DNA of 64,000 nt from the IMG/VR virus record IMGVR_UViG_3300024518_000036. The stretch is one strand, 5' to 3'. Positions 56,017 to 64,000 of this stretch are shown one piece after another. Under the pieces are notes generated by a model. The model did no database searches. It worked only from the letters and a program-made list of their open reading frames with translations, and was not told where the DNA came from. This DNA comes from an uncultured virus (IMG/VR IMGVR_UViG_3300024518_000036). Its lineage: Duplodnaviria > Heunggongvirae > Uroviricota > Caudoviricetes. The number at the start of each line of letters is the position of its first letter. The stretch's first letter is position 1. The translations under genes were made by a program, and so were the position numbers.

Positions 56017-58842
56017 ATGGCACGAAAGAAGAAGTGGGGCAGGCGCGTGCTGAACAACCCGGATGTTCCGTGGACCAGGGCTTTCAACAACCCGACGATC
56101 CTCGTCACTCGCGGTCCCGACCGCTACCAGATCCCGTCCGACTGGCCCGAAGAGGACTTCCAGTGGGGTAAGCAGCCTCGTCTTGCCCAGTGGACTGGCT
56201 ACCCGCAGTACAGCTACGAGCAGTTCTATAGGACGAACCCGCGTGTGGGCTCCGGTGCCGTCACTCCACGGGACGTGATCCAAGAGCACGACGCGCACTA
56301 CATCGGTTCAGTGAAGGTGAAGAACAAGACCTTTGAGGTCTATGCAGACTACAAGCTGCGTGGGTTCTACGCTTTTGTGGAGGGCTCGCCTATGTACGCC
56401 GTGGTACGCGGCCTCGCCCCGGGGGGCAGCAGCGAAGGGCCATCGCACCCCATAATCGCACGCGCCTACGTCAAGAAGCAGCTTTTGGCGGGTGAGTATG
56501 AGGTAGTAGCCGTTGGGGTGAGCCTCGTGAACCCGCGTAAGAAGACCAAGGCGGAACTGATCGAGGTGCTGCTCGCCATCGAGTTCGACGTCCAGCCCGA
56601 GGCGTCCGGCGCTGACGTGGAAGAGAAGCGCGTGAAGTTGAAGAAGCTGCGTAAAGGCCTCATCGAAGACGCGCTTCTACGCTACCAGGACCACGCGCAG
56701 AAGATGCCTCTCGGGAACCCGCGTCGTCGTCTTTGCCGTCAGAACCCTTCTGACTTCGATGCCAAGGCGGTGCCCTGGAACGTGGCGACTAACGCAGGTC
56801 CTTTCCGCCCAGCACTGTTCCCCTACGGACAGGGCGGCCGTCCCGCAGAGTACGAGTTCAAGAATAACCCTTCCAAAGAAGACCTGATCAGGGCCCTGGC
56901 GCGCGCCATCTACGAGACCGTCGAGGCAGCTGGGCCGCAGGGAGCACCTGAGAGCCCGATCTACATGGCGATGGAGCAGAGGGGCATTCCTTTCAATTCG
57001 ACGAGGCAGCTCGTCGACGGTCTGATCCGCGCCGGCTACATCACCCGCCAGCACAATGTCCTTCGTGTCACCCGTGCCAAGAAGAACCGGAGCCAGTACG
57101 TCGGTTCAGGGGCTCGGGGTGGCTTCGTCGGTGCAGAAAGGGACCAGTACAGCTACGACCAGTTCTACCGTGCTAACCCGAGAAAAAGATCAACTGTAGA
57201 GAACGAGTACACGGAGGTTCGCGGGTCGTTCGCGCCTATGTCAATCGACATGCCTGACTCGCCTTACGGGTACGAGATCCCCGGAGAACGAGGAAGAGGC
57301 GGGGGCTTTGCTGGAACCACGCACATCACGCACCACCCGCCGAAGACGTCCCACTACAGGAAGCGGAAGAAGGACAAGAAGAAGCGCCGCAAGGCCCGTG
57401 TCTTTGTTGAGACTCACCGCTGCTACAACGAGTCGCTCGAAGACCTTCCACAGTACAGCAAGAAGAACCCCCGTCTCTCCGCAGCCGAGCTGAGGGCGAA
57501 AATCGCAGAACTGGACAAGCTGTACCAGTACGACCAGATCGACGACGAGACGTATCACCGGCTGCGTTCTTCGCTGGTGCTTGAGCCCCCAAGACGGGGC
57601 GAAACCATCGGCTCGCGGTTGGCCGCGATGGAAAAGGAAGTAGCGGAACGCGGAAGTGCAGGACTCTACCCACACGCTCGTCGGATTCCGCCACAGATGC
57701 CTTGGAGGGTGACGAAGTTCCTTCTTCTCCAGACCAAGAAAGTGAGTGACCCCCAAGCTCTCCAGAAGGGCGTGCCCCTGAGGCAGGCCGGGCTAGGGTC
57801 AGAGTTTGGTGTCCCCTTCCCTACGGCCATCTTGCCTCGGCATTTGGAAGCAGCAAGAGAAGAGATGCGGTCGTGGAAGACGCCTGGCGGCCCTGGCGCG
57901 CCTGAAACTCAGAAGAAGATTTCGCATAGGATCGCCCAGTACATCGCGTACGGGGAGGTGCTGAGCGCCATGGGAGCGAGCCGGGAGCGTATCGGCAAGT
58001 TCATTCGTGCTACCAAGCTGGCTTCATACCGGCCGGGGTACCGAAAAAGCAAAAGCCCGCGACGTGCCGCGACTTCTTCGCTGCATCCCTGGTCCATCTT
58101 CGGCCCAGGCGGTCCCAAGGTGGCGAATATCCCGAGCTGGGCTCGCCGGTTTCCGGGCATCACAGTGACTGAGCGCGAGGCTCGAAGGGGTGCAAAGGCG
58201 GAGCGCATTCGCAAGAAGAAGGCGCTGAGAAAGCCGCCGAAGATCACCGGCCCGCACGCATCAGAGCTTCGCCGTCTACGTGCCGCTCAGCTTCGGGACC
58301 AACGAGAAGGCTGGGTCCAGGCCGAGCCCGAGGCCCACTGGCGGTCACAATCCAGGCAGGAGCGGGGAGACCCCCACGCTGACTTCATGTACCCGGAAGG
58401 GGCCGAGGCTCACTTCCGTAGTGGAATGCACCCGAAGGCCATGCAGAACCGTGGTTCCCGTGGCGGCTTCGTAGGACAGGAAAGGGACCAGTTGCCGAAC
58501 TGGTACTTCCTCAAGCCCGGAGCACGGATGTGGCCAGCGGGGGATCCTCGCCGTGGCGCACGGGACGACATGCACGCGGAAGAGGTCATCAAGTACATGA
58601 ACCGTGGCTTTGGCAAGCGGTCGGAGTACCCGGGTCTCATCAAGAAGCTCGCTGAGCGCTACCCCGTCGAGGACGCGGCCAACAAGAGCATCTGGACGCT
58701 TTACCGTAGGTATCGGAACAGCATCGACGAGAAGATGTCAGACCGGGGCGTGAGCAAAGAGTTGCCGACCATGCCCGAGCTTCGTGGCCGTGAGCTGGCT
58801 CTGGCCAACCGTCGCCGGGGGCGCAAGCGCCGGGGGCAGTAG
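56017..58842 (+). CDS. 941-aa basic modular protein with many NP motifs and internal repeats
   Basis: Nine NP motifs. QYSY(E/D)QFYR(T/A)NPR occurs twice and RGGFVG(A/Q)ERDQ occurs twice. Confidence 0.75.
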   Translation: MARKKKWGRRVLNNPDVPWTRAFNNPTILVTRGPDRYQIPSDWPEEDFQWGKQPRLAQWTGYPQYSYEQFYRTNPRVGSGAVTPRDVIQEHDAHYIGSVKVKNKTFEVYADYKLRGFYAFVEGSPMYAVVRGLAPGGSSEGPSHPIIARAYVKKQLLAGEYEVVAVGVSLVNPRKKTKAELIEVLLAIEFDVQPEASGADVEEKRVKLKKLRKGLIEDALLRYQDHAQKMPLGNPRRRLCRQNPSDFDAKAVPWNVATNAGPFRPALFPYGQGGRPAEYEFKNNPSKEDLIRALARAIYETVEAAGPQGAPESPIYMAMEQRGIPFNSTRQLVDGLIRAGYITRQHNVLRVTRAKKNRSQYVGSGARGGFVGAERDQYSYDQFYRANPRKRSTVENEYTEVRGSFAPMSIDMPDSPYGYEIPGERGRGGGFAGTTHITHHPPKTSHYRKRKKDKKKRRKARVFVETHRCYNESLEDLPQYSKKNPRLSAAELRAKIAELDKLYQYDQIDDETYHRLRSSLVLEPPRRGETIGSRLAAMEKEVAERGSAGLYPHARRIPPQMPWRVTKFLLLQTKKVSDPQALQKGVPLRQAGLGSEFGVPFPTAILPRHLEAAREEMRSWKTPGGPGAPETQKKISHRIAQYIAYGEVLSAMGASRERIGKFIRATKLASYRPGYRKSKSPRRAATSSLHPWSIFGPGGPKVANIPSWARRFPGITVTEREARRGAKAERIRKKKALRKPPKITGPHASELRRLRAAQLRDQREGWVQAEPEAHWRSQSRQERGDPHADFMYPEGAEAHFRSGMHPKAMQNRGSRGGFVGQERDQLPNWYFLKPGARMWPAGDPRRGARDDMHAEEVIKYMNRGFGKRSEYPGLIKKLAERYPVEDAANKSIWTLYRRYRNSIDEKMSDRGVSKELPTMPELRGRELALANRRRGRKRRGQ

Positions 58843-59777
58843 TGAGGAACAACCCAGCATTGAGGCCAGAGGGGCAGGTGGTTCCTCGCTGGTGGAAGCA
58901 GTCAGGTCCTTTCTTCGAGGTTCGCCTGTACGATGCTCGGTGGGGTCCAGGCGAGGCGCCAGAGCTGGGTCGGATGACGGTGGGCGTGGACGGCATGAAC
59001 TGCTACAACCCGCACACGGGTCAGACCGGTGCCGAGGTCTTCGAGTCCTTGGCTGCGGACGGTTGGGGTCCGTTGATCTACGACTTTGCTGCTCTGATCG
59101 CCACCAACGAGTACGGAATGCCTCTCGTGTCCGACCGCTTCACGGTCAGCAAGGAGGCGAAAGGTGTCTGGGACTACTACGATGAGCATCGCTATGATGT
59201 CTCCAGGGCGGATGTCTCGTCGGGTTCTTGGCGGTGCGACCCTATTTCTGAGCTGGCGCCGGAGTGGGGTATCCGTATGCCAATCTACAACTTCTCGGAG
59301 TACTGGAACGTCGATGGGTTGGCGTGGTTGCAGAACAAGCCGTGGAAGGCCTGGCAGCGGGCCCGGAAGCGGAAGAAGAGGGCCCGGAAGAACCCGCTAC
59401 CGAAGGGAATGCCGACTGAAGAAGAGGCCCGGGAGTTCATTCTCTGCCAGCTCAGAGAGGTCCACAACCGACACCTACGCCAGCCTGGAAGCCGCTCCAA
59501 GCCGAAAGGGATGCTCTACGGCCACGGGGTGGGGCAGAGAGTGAAGATCGAGTACCTGGGTCCGAGGAAGGAGAAGAGGCCCAGAGGAGCCCTCGACGAC
59601 TACGGGCAGGCGTTCAAGATCACCTTCGAGCGGCAAGGGAAGGACGCCTATTGGGTGGTGTACGCATGCAGATGGCGCGGCCGACTTCGCCAAGACGTTG
59701 CGACCACTCCGTTGGGGTACTGGGGGCCCGTCCCGCACTTGGAGCTGCTCTCCTGGGAAGCCGAGGAAAACCGATGA
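58842..59777 (+). CDS. Two-module protein (RNNP..., RKNP...) ending in PHLELLSWEAEENR
   Basis: 311 aa. GWGPLIYD..SD..VSKEAKGVWDYY is reminiscent of GNAT-like phage domains (weak). Confidence 0.65.
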   Translation: MRNNPALRPEGQVVPRWWKQSGPFFEVRLYDARWGPGEAPELGRMTVGVDGMNCYNPHTGQTGAEVFESLAADGWGPLIYDFAALIATNEYGMPLVSDRFTVSKEAKGVWDYYDEHRYDVSRADVSSGSWRCDPISELAPEWGIRMPIYNFSEYWNVDGLAWLQNKPWKAWQRARKRKKRARKNPLPKGMPTEEEAREFILCQLREVHNRHLRQPGSRSKPKGMLYGHGVGQRVKIEYLGPRKEKRPRGALDDYGQAFKITFERQGKDAYWVVYACRWRGRLRQDVATTPLGYWGPVPHLELLSWEAEENR

Positions 59778-62392
59778 GGCTCAATCCGTACAGCCGCGAT
59801 GTTCGGATCAGGGTGCTTCGGAGCAACCCGGTAGGTGGCTTCACTGTGGCAGAGATCGTGGCCCTGTCGAAGTACCCAGGAAAGGGGCCTGCGCAGCCCA
59901 GGATCAAGGAAGCTGTTGCCGCAGCAGACCAGCAGTTCACGGGCTCAGAGGGCTTCTTTCGGCCCAAGGCGAAGCGGAAGCGCGGGCCAGATCACTACGA
60001 GGAGTGGGAACTGTTCGACTACCAGAAGGCAGGAGTTGCCTACGTCTTGGAGCAAGCGGCGAAAGGACAGCGACGGACTGCCATCTTCGACCCCATGGGC
60101 TTGGGAAAGACGGCACAGGGAGTTGGGGCAGCGGTAGCCCTCGGGTGGGAAGCGATGCCGGTCGTCGTTGTTGCTCCCTTGTCTGCGCACAACGCGTGGC
60201 GAGATGCGTTCGGTGTGTTCTCGATGCTCGATGTCGAAAAAAAGAACGTCTTCCCGACGAAGGAGTCCCCCAAGAAAGCTGTGTACTTGCTGACTTACGA
60301 CGCCGTTCGGAAGTTCGAGAACGGGTTGAACCACAAGGTCTACACGCCTCCAGGACTGGTGATCTTCGACGAGGCTCACATGGTCGGGAATCCGGGAAGT
60401 GCGCAGGCTAGAGGCGCGGCCACGTTGATCCATGACGCCAAGTACACACTCCTTTTGACTGGCACCCCTGCTCTCCAGTCGGCCTTCGATGTCCTTCCCC
60501 TGCTTCGTTACCTGGACCCTGCTGTGAGTCCTTTCCAGACACGACAGCAGTATCAGGCGGCAGCAGCAGACTGGGCAGCAGACCGTGGTGTCAGGACCGT
60601 AAGGCCGACAGGTTCCAACCGGTTGCTCTTGGTGAGTCCAGAAGATGGCAGCTTGTTGGAACATGACCTTCGCCAGAAGGCAGTTCGCCGCTCTCGGCGT
60701 TCAGTAGTCGATGTGAAAGCTGCGCCCGATAAGAAGTTGCAGCGGTTGAAGAAGAGGTACGCTGATATGGTGCCTCTTCGGGGCCCCTATGCCTCCGCTT
60801 CCGAGGAGAAGCTGGCTGATCTGCTGCTTCGCCAGACGGACGAAGGAGGCTTGGCAGACTTCGCCGCGCTGGAAGATGCGAGGTCGCGGTACAGGACTCT
60901 CGTGCGCAAGCTGGCTCCTTCGGCTACCTCCAGTGAAGACCTCTTCGATAAGTCCCAGACGCGAGCCCTGACGAGGAGGGGAGAACTCGTCTCGATTCCC
61001 GAAGTGTGGGAAGAGGACAGGTTGCCGCCCGGTGCGACAGTTCCTTTTCAAGAGGTGCTCACGCAGGCGCGGAGAGCCTACCTCCCCATCCCGGCCGGGG
61101 AGTCAGACGCATCATCAGACACTCGGGTGCGGCTGCGTCAAATGATGGGGCAACACGTCATCGATCGTGCTGTGCAGTATCAGCAGAACCCCTGCCTGGG
61201 TCTGACAGGAAAGGAGGAGAAGAAGTGTAAGGCGAACCAGGACATCGTCTTTGTGGTGTACTACCAGCAGACAGCCGACCTGCTGGGGGACAAGCTGATT
61301 CGAGCTGATCCCTCTCGAAAGGTCTACATCTACGCGGGGCACAAGAAAGGGACCTTCGTTCCCTCAGGACCTCGGGCTGCTGTCAGGGGCGTGTACAAAC
61401 CGGGATTGAAGATTGAGGGGAAGTGGGTCGCAGAAGGCGAAGTGCTCGAATCTCTGGAGAAGCTGTTCAAGACCCGTCAAAGGAAGGGCCGGACCGTGAT
61501 TCTTAGCAAGGCCGCGATGACGGGCTTGTCGCTGCCCTCCGCCGATACGCTGGTCTTCCTCGACCGCTACTCGTCTCCTGGACAGGAAGACCAGATGGAG
61601 GACCGGATCAACCGTGCTGGGCGGGAAGGAGAGCCTCGCATCGTGTACCTCATCCCCGAAGACATCTGGGGCTTCGTGTTGGCCCATCGCATGGCCAACC
61701 GCCGCGCCTCCATCTTCTCCGTGTTCGGTGAGAGGTTCGCGGGAGTCGCGTCTCGTAGTGACCGAGAAGCCCTGAAGCGTATCGGTGATGACTACGCAAC
61801 CCCTCTGGCTCTCCAAGATGCCGAGAAGCGGGTTGAACATCTTCGCCGGCTTGGGACTCCCGAGGCAAGAGCTGAGGCGGACGTCATTGAGAACACCCTG
61901 TTCATGGAAGACCCGGTCGGGAACTTGAGCCGTAGCGCCGAGCGTGCTTACAAGCTGGCGGAAAGAGTGCGGGAAGAGGCGCAGAGGGCGGAGGAAGCTG
62001 CGCTTCGGCGAAGGCAGGAAGAGCATCGGCTTGCTCAACTGGCCCTGGCTTCGGGGTACACGCCCGAGATGCGTCGGTTCCTGCAGAGCATCGGAGCGAC
62101 GAAGCTCACTTTCTGGTCGTACGGCGCGAACAGGGCGGTGCAGCCTGACTGGCCTGAATGGGCGGAGGACGACAATCTCGTCACTCCTTCTGGTGTGGTC
62201 GTGCCCTTTGCAGGGTTCTTTCGTGGGGCGGCTGAAGAAGCAGGGGAAGCAACAAGCCCCACTGATTTGACAGAGGCTCAGCACACGACTCTGCTTCGCA
62301 TCGGCTACGAGAGGGGGGAAGCCCGGAAGAATCGGAACCGGAGAAGGAAACCTCGGCGTAGCGCCCGGAAGCGGAGAAGTCGATGGCGGTAA
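59774..62392 (+). CDS. SNF2-family (SF2) helicase/ATPase
   Basis: YQKAGV, DPMGLGKT, VIFDEAH, LLTGTP, GLSLPSADTLVF and QMEDRINRAG. The ATG at 59774 overlaps the upstream TGA. Confidence 0.85.
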   Translation: MRLNPYSRDVRIRVLRSNPVGGFTVAEIVALSKYPGKGPAQPRIKEAVAAADQQFTGSEGFFRPKAKRKRGPDHYEEWELFDYQKAGVAYVLEQAAKGQRRTAIFDPMGLGKTAQGVGAAVALGWEAMPVVVVAPLSAHNAWRDAFGVFSMLDVEKKNVFPTKESPKKAVYLLTYDAVRKFENGLNHKVYTPPGLVIFDEAHMVGNPGSAQARGAATLIHDAKYTLLLTGTPALQSAFDVLPLLRYLDPAVSPFQTRQQYQAAAADWAADRGVRTVRPTGSNRLLLVSPEDGSLLEHDLRQKAVRRSRRSVVDVKAAPDKKLQRLKKRYADMVPLRGPYASASEEKLADLLLRQTDEGGLADFAALEDARSRYRTLVRKLAPSATSSEDLFDKSQTRALTRRGELVSIPEVWEEDRLPPGATVPFQEVLTQARRAYLPIPAGESDASSDTRVRLRQMMGQHVIDRAVQYQQNPCLGLTGKEEKKCKANQDIVFVVYYQQTADLLGDKLIRADPSRKVYIYAGHKKGTFVPSGPRAAVRGVYKPGLKIEGKWVAEGEVLESLEKLFKTRQRKGRTVILSKAAMTGLSLPSADTLVFLDRYSSPGQEDQMEDRINRAGREGEPRIVYLIPEDIWGFVLAHRMANRRASIFSVFGERFAGVASRSDREALKRIGDDYATPLALQDAEKRVEHLRRLGTPEARAEADVIENTLFMEDPVGNLSRSAERAYKLAERVREEAQRAEEAALRRRQEEHRLAQLALASGYTPEMRRFLQSIGATKLTFWSYGANRAVQPDWPEWAEDDNLVTPSGVVVPFAGFFRGAAEEAGEATSPTDLTEAQHTTLLRIGYERGEARKNRNRRRKPRRSARKRRSRWR

Positions 62393-63042
62393 AGAGCCCT
62401 TACGACGACCTGAGAGCTGCCCAGACTCTGGCGCAGGGACAACGTCTCTACAAGAAGCTCGGACGCTACCTCTCTGGGGATACGAAAGGAGTTCGCACTG
62501 CGGCCACGCGTCGAGCAATTGCCACGAGGCGATGGCGGGACGAGGCCAAGGAAGTCAGGCGCCAGTTGGAGCAGCGCTTCGGTGACACGGTTCGTCTGAC
62601 CAGTGCCACCATCTACGCCACTGCCGCCTCCGGAAAGGAAGGGGGGAGGGCAAGGCGTGTGGAGCCAACTTGGTCCCGGCGAAGGCACTTCACCGCCCCG
62701 AAGCCGGATCGAGAGGCTCTACATGAACCATACATCCTTCATGTTCCTGTAGACGACGTGACCTATGAACCCCTGGGCGTCTATCCCAACTTGACAGACG
62801 CTCTTCAAGTCGCGGCGAATCTTCGCCGGGTGCGAAAGGGCATCACACCGGGAGTGACATACAAGGCGTCCGAACTCGTCCTCTTACAAGAGGAGCTTCG
62901 GGCTGTAGACTCGACTCTGGGGTCCCTGACGGTTCACCTCAAGCGTCTCATGGAGCGGAAGAGGAGGCTGGAGAGGGACATCGAGCAGCTGAGCATACGA
63001 GAGCAGGACTTGGGTAAAGGAATGGGAGCCCCACCAGAGTAG
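62383..63042 (+). CDS. Hypothetical protein with C-terminal coiled coil
   Basis: 219-aa ORF overlapping the end of the helicase gene. Confidence 0.6.
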   Translation: MAVKSPYDDLRAAQTLAQGQRLYKKLGRYLSGDTKGVRTAATRRAIATRRWRDEAKEVRRQLEQRFGDTVRLTSATIYATAASGKEGGRARRVEPTWSRRRHFTAPKPDREALHEPYILHVPVDDVTYEPLGVYPNLTDALQVAANLRRVRKGITPGVTYKASELVLLQEELRAVDSTLGSLTVHLKRLMERKRRLERDIEQLSIREQDLGKGMGAPPE

Positions 63043-63107
63043 TTGCCCCTTCTTGCTCGCCGGTTAGTGTTGTCATCTGGCAAAGCACAGGCCGGCGAGG
63101 AGAGGAC

Positions 63108-63584
63108 ATGGGAGTCACATACAGCTGCAAGATGGCCGTTGGGGTCGTCGTTCACGAAGTGGACGACTTCTTCTTCGAGGTCAAGAAGACCAAGGAGACC
63201 GTGGAGGCCGACTGCTCGCATCCCGAGGGCCAAGGCAACCGCTTCTGCCCGAAGTGCGGGGCCGAAGGTGAGCACGAGATCGAGCACGAGAAGAAGACAC
63301 CGAAGAAGGAGTTTGCCGGCGACCTCGACGAGGACGCGGAGGACTGGATGTACGACGATCCGGTCTCCATTGCGGGCTTGGACTTCTTCACCTTGAAATA
63401 CGACCCCTACGGCACCAGTGTCTACGTCTACGGGGAGGAGCTTGGGTCGGCTGGTGGCTACGGAGCCACTACGGTCTGCGAGGATGCTGACAACATGACA
63501 GTGACCATCGAGCGCGTGCAGACCCGGCTGGTGGAGCTAGGTCTGCCGAAGGCCCAGATCTTCCTGTCGATGAGCGCGGGATGA
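63108..63584 (+). CDS. Acidic protein with zinc-ribbon (FCPKCG)
   Basis: GAGG RBS; NRFCPKCGA. Confidence 0.7.
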   Translation: MGVTYSCKMAVGVVVHEVDDFFFEVKKTKETVEADCSHPEGQGNRFCPKCGAEGEHEIEHEKKTPKKEFAGDLDEDAEDWMYDDPVSIAGLDFFTLKYDPYGTSVYVYGEELGSAGGYGATTVCEDADNMTVTIERVQTRLVELGLPKAQIFLSMSAG

Positions 63585-63904
63585 TTGATCTATGGGCCGT
63601 GATGTCGCACCCCTCGGGGGAGCACCCCAACGACGTGGTGCACCCAGACGGGTGGCCGTCGGGTGAGTCCCAGGCGGACTACGAACCTGCAGGTCCGTGG
63701 GAGCCGATCTCCTACGACAGCACATCCTTCAAGTTCATGTGGAGGAGACCCTATCGAGAGAAGAAGTCCGACCTGGAGAAGCTGGCGACTGCGAAGTCGG
63801 CCGTCAGCAACAGGGAAATCGAGGAGCTGGAGCGCATGGCGAAGGGCGTTCTTCGCGTCACGGCTGATCTCCGCTCCATTCGTGACGTGCTGGAGCAATC
63901 ATGA
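63581..63904 (+). CDS. Hypothetical protein with SDLEKLA tag
   Basis: ATGA-coupled 107-aa ORF. Confidence 0.65.
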   Translation: MIDLWAVMSHPSGEHPNDVVHPDGWPSGESQADYEPAGPWEPISYDSTSFKFMWRRPYREKKSDLEKLATAKSAVSNREIEELERMAKGVLRVTADLRSIRDVLEQS

Positions 63905-64000
63905 AAACCGACCGCGTCGAGAAGGCCCAGGCGGCTCTGGACAACCTCCTCTCCTGCGACACAGCTGCGCTCAAAGAGCTGATGCGGAAGCACAAGATCT

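Noticed and set aside
45084..62392. NP motifs as 2A ribosome-skipping peptides
   Set aside because: None match D(V/I)ExNPGP, and 2A skipping is not known to work on bacterial ribosomes.
1..64000. tRNA, rRNA, capsid, portal or terminase genes, and a host assignment
   Set aside because: None were recognisable by eye, and the host cannot be inferred from this window alone.

Overview
GC-rich, gene-dense segment of what looks like a large bacteriophage genome: bacterial Shine-Dalgarno sites, ATGA/GTGA gene overlaps, and no rRNA, tRNA or housekeeping genes seen. No capsid, terminase or portal gene was recognised, so the virus type is not established. Positions 1-37.8 kb are a minus-strand block of mostly small early-type genes. 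These include ParB-like, DUF932, a GHKL ATPase, an AAA ATPase plus VWA/metallopeptidase pair, a J-domain-like protein and a Cas12f/TnpB-family nuclease. Positions 38-64 kb are mostly plus strand: a degenerate tyrosine recombinase, a structural-type protein, DUF3987, basic modular proteins, a Dps-like domain, a HAD phosphatase and a SNF2 helicase. Main candidate novelties: (1) a short peptide tag, (S/T)DLExL(A/S/G), recurs in many unrelated proteins and is conserved at the protein level, not the DNA level; (2) basic-Asn-Pro motifs divide the late proteins into modules, often directly after that tag, suggesting a tagging and processing system; (3) a RuvC-intact Cas12f-like gene with no transposase is followed by a structured guide-RNA-like region and a non-coding array of 13 exact 9-bp repeats; (4) two type I hammerhead ribozymes bracket the AAA ATPase gene; (5) a fixed-spacing late promoter motif, GTAGCA-N43-TAnnnT; (6) a 45-bp inverted repeat at the strand switch. 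All family assignments come from motifs recognised by eye; no searches were run.
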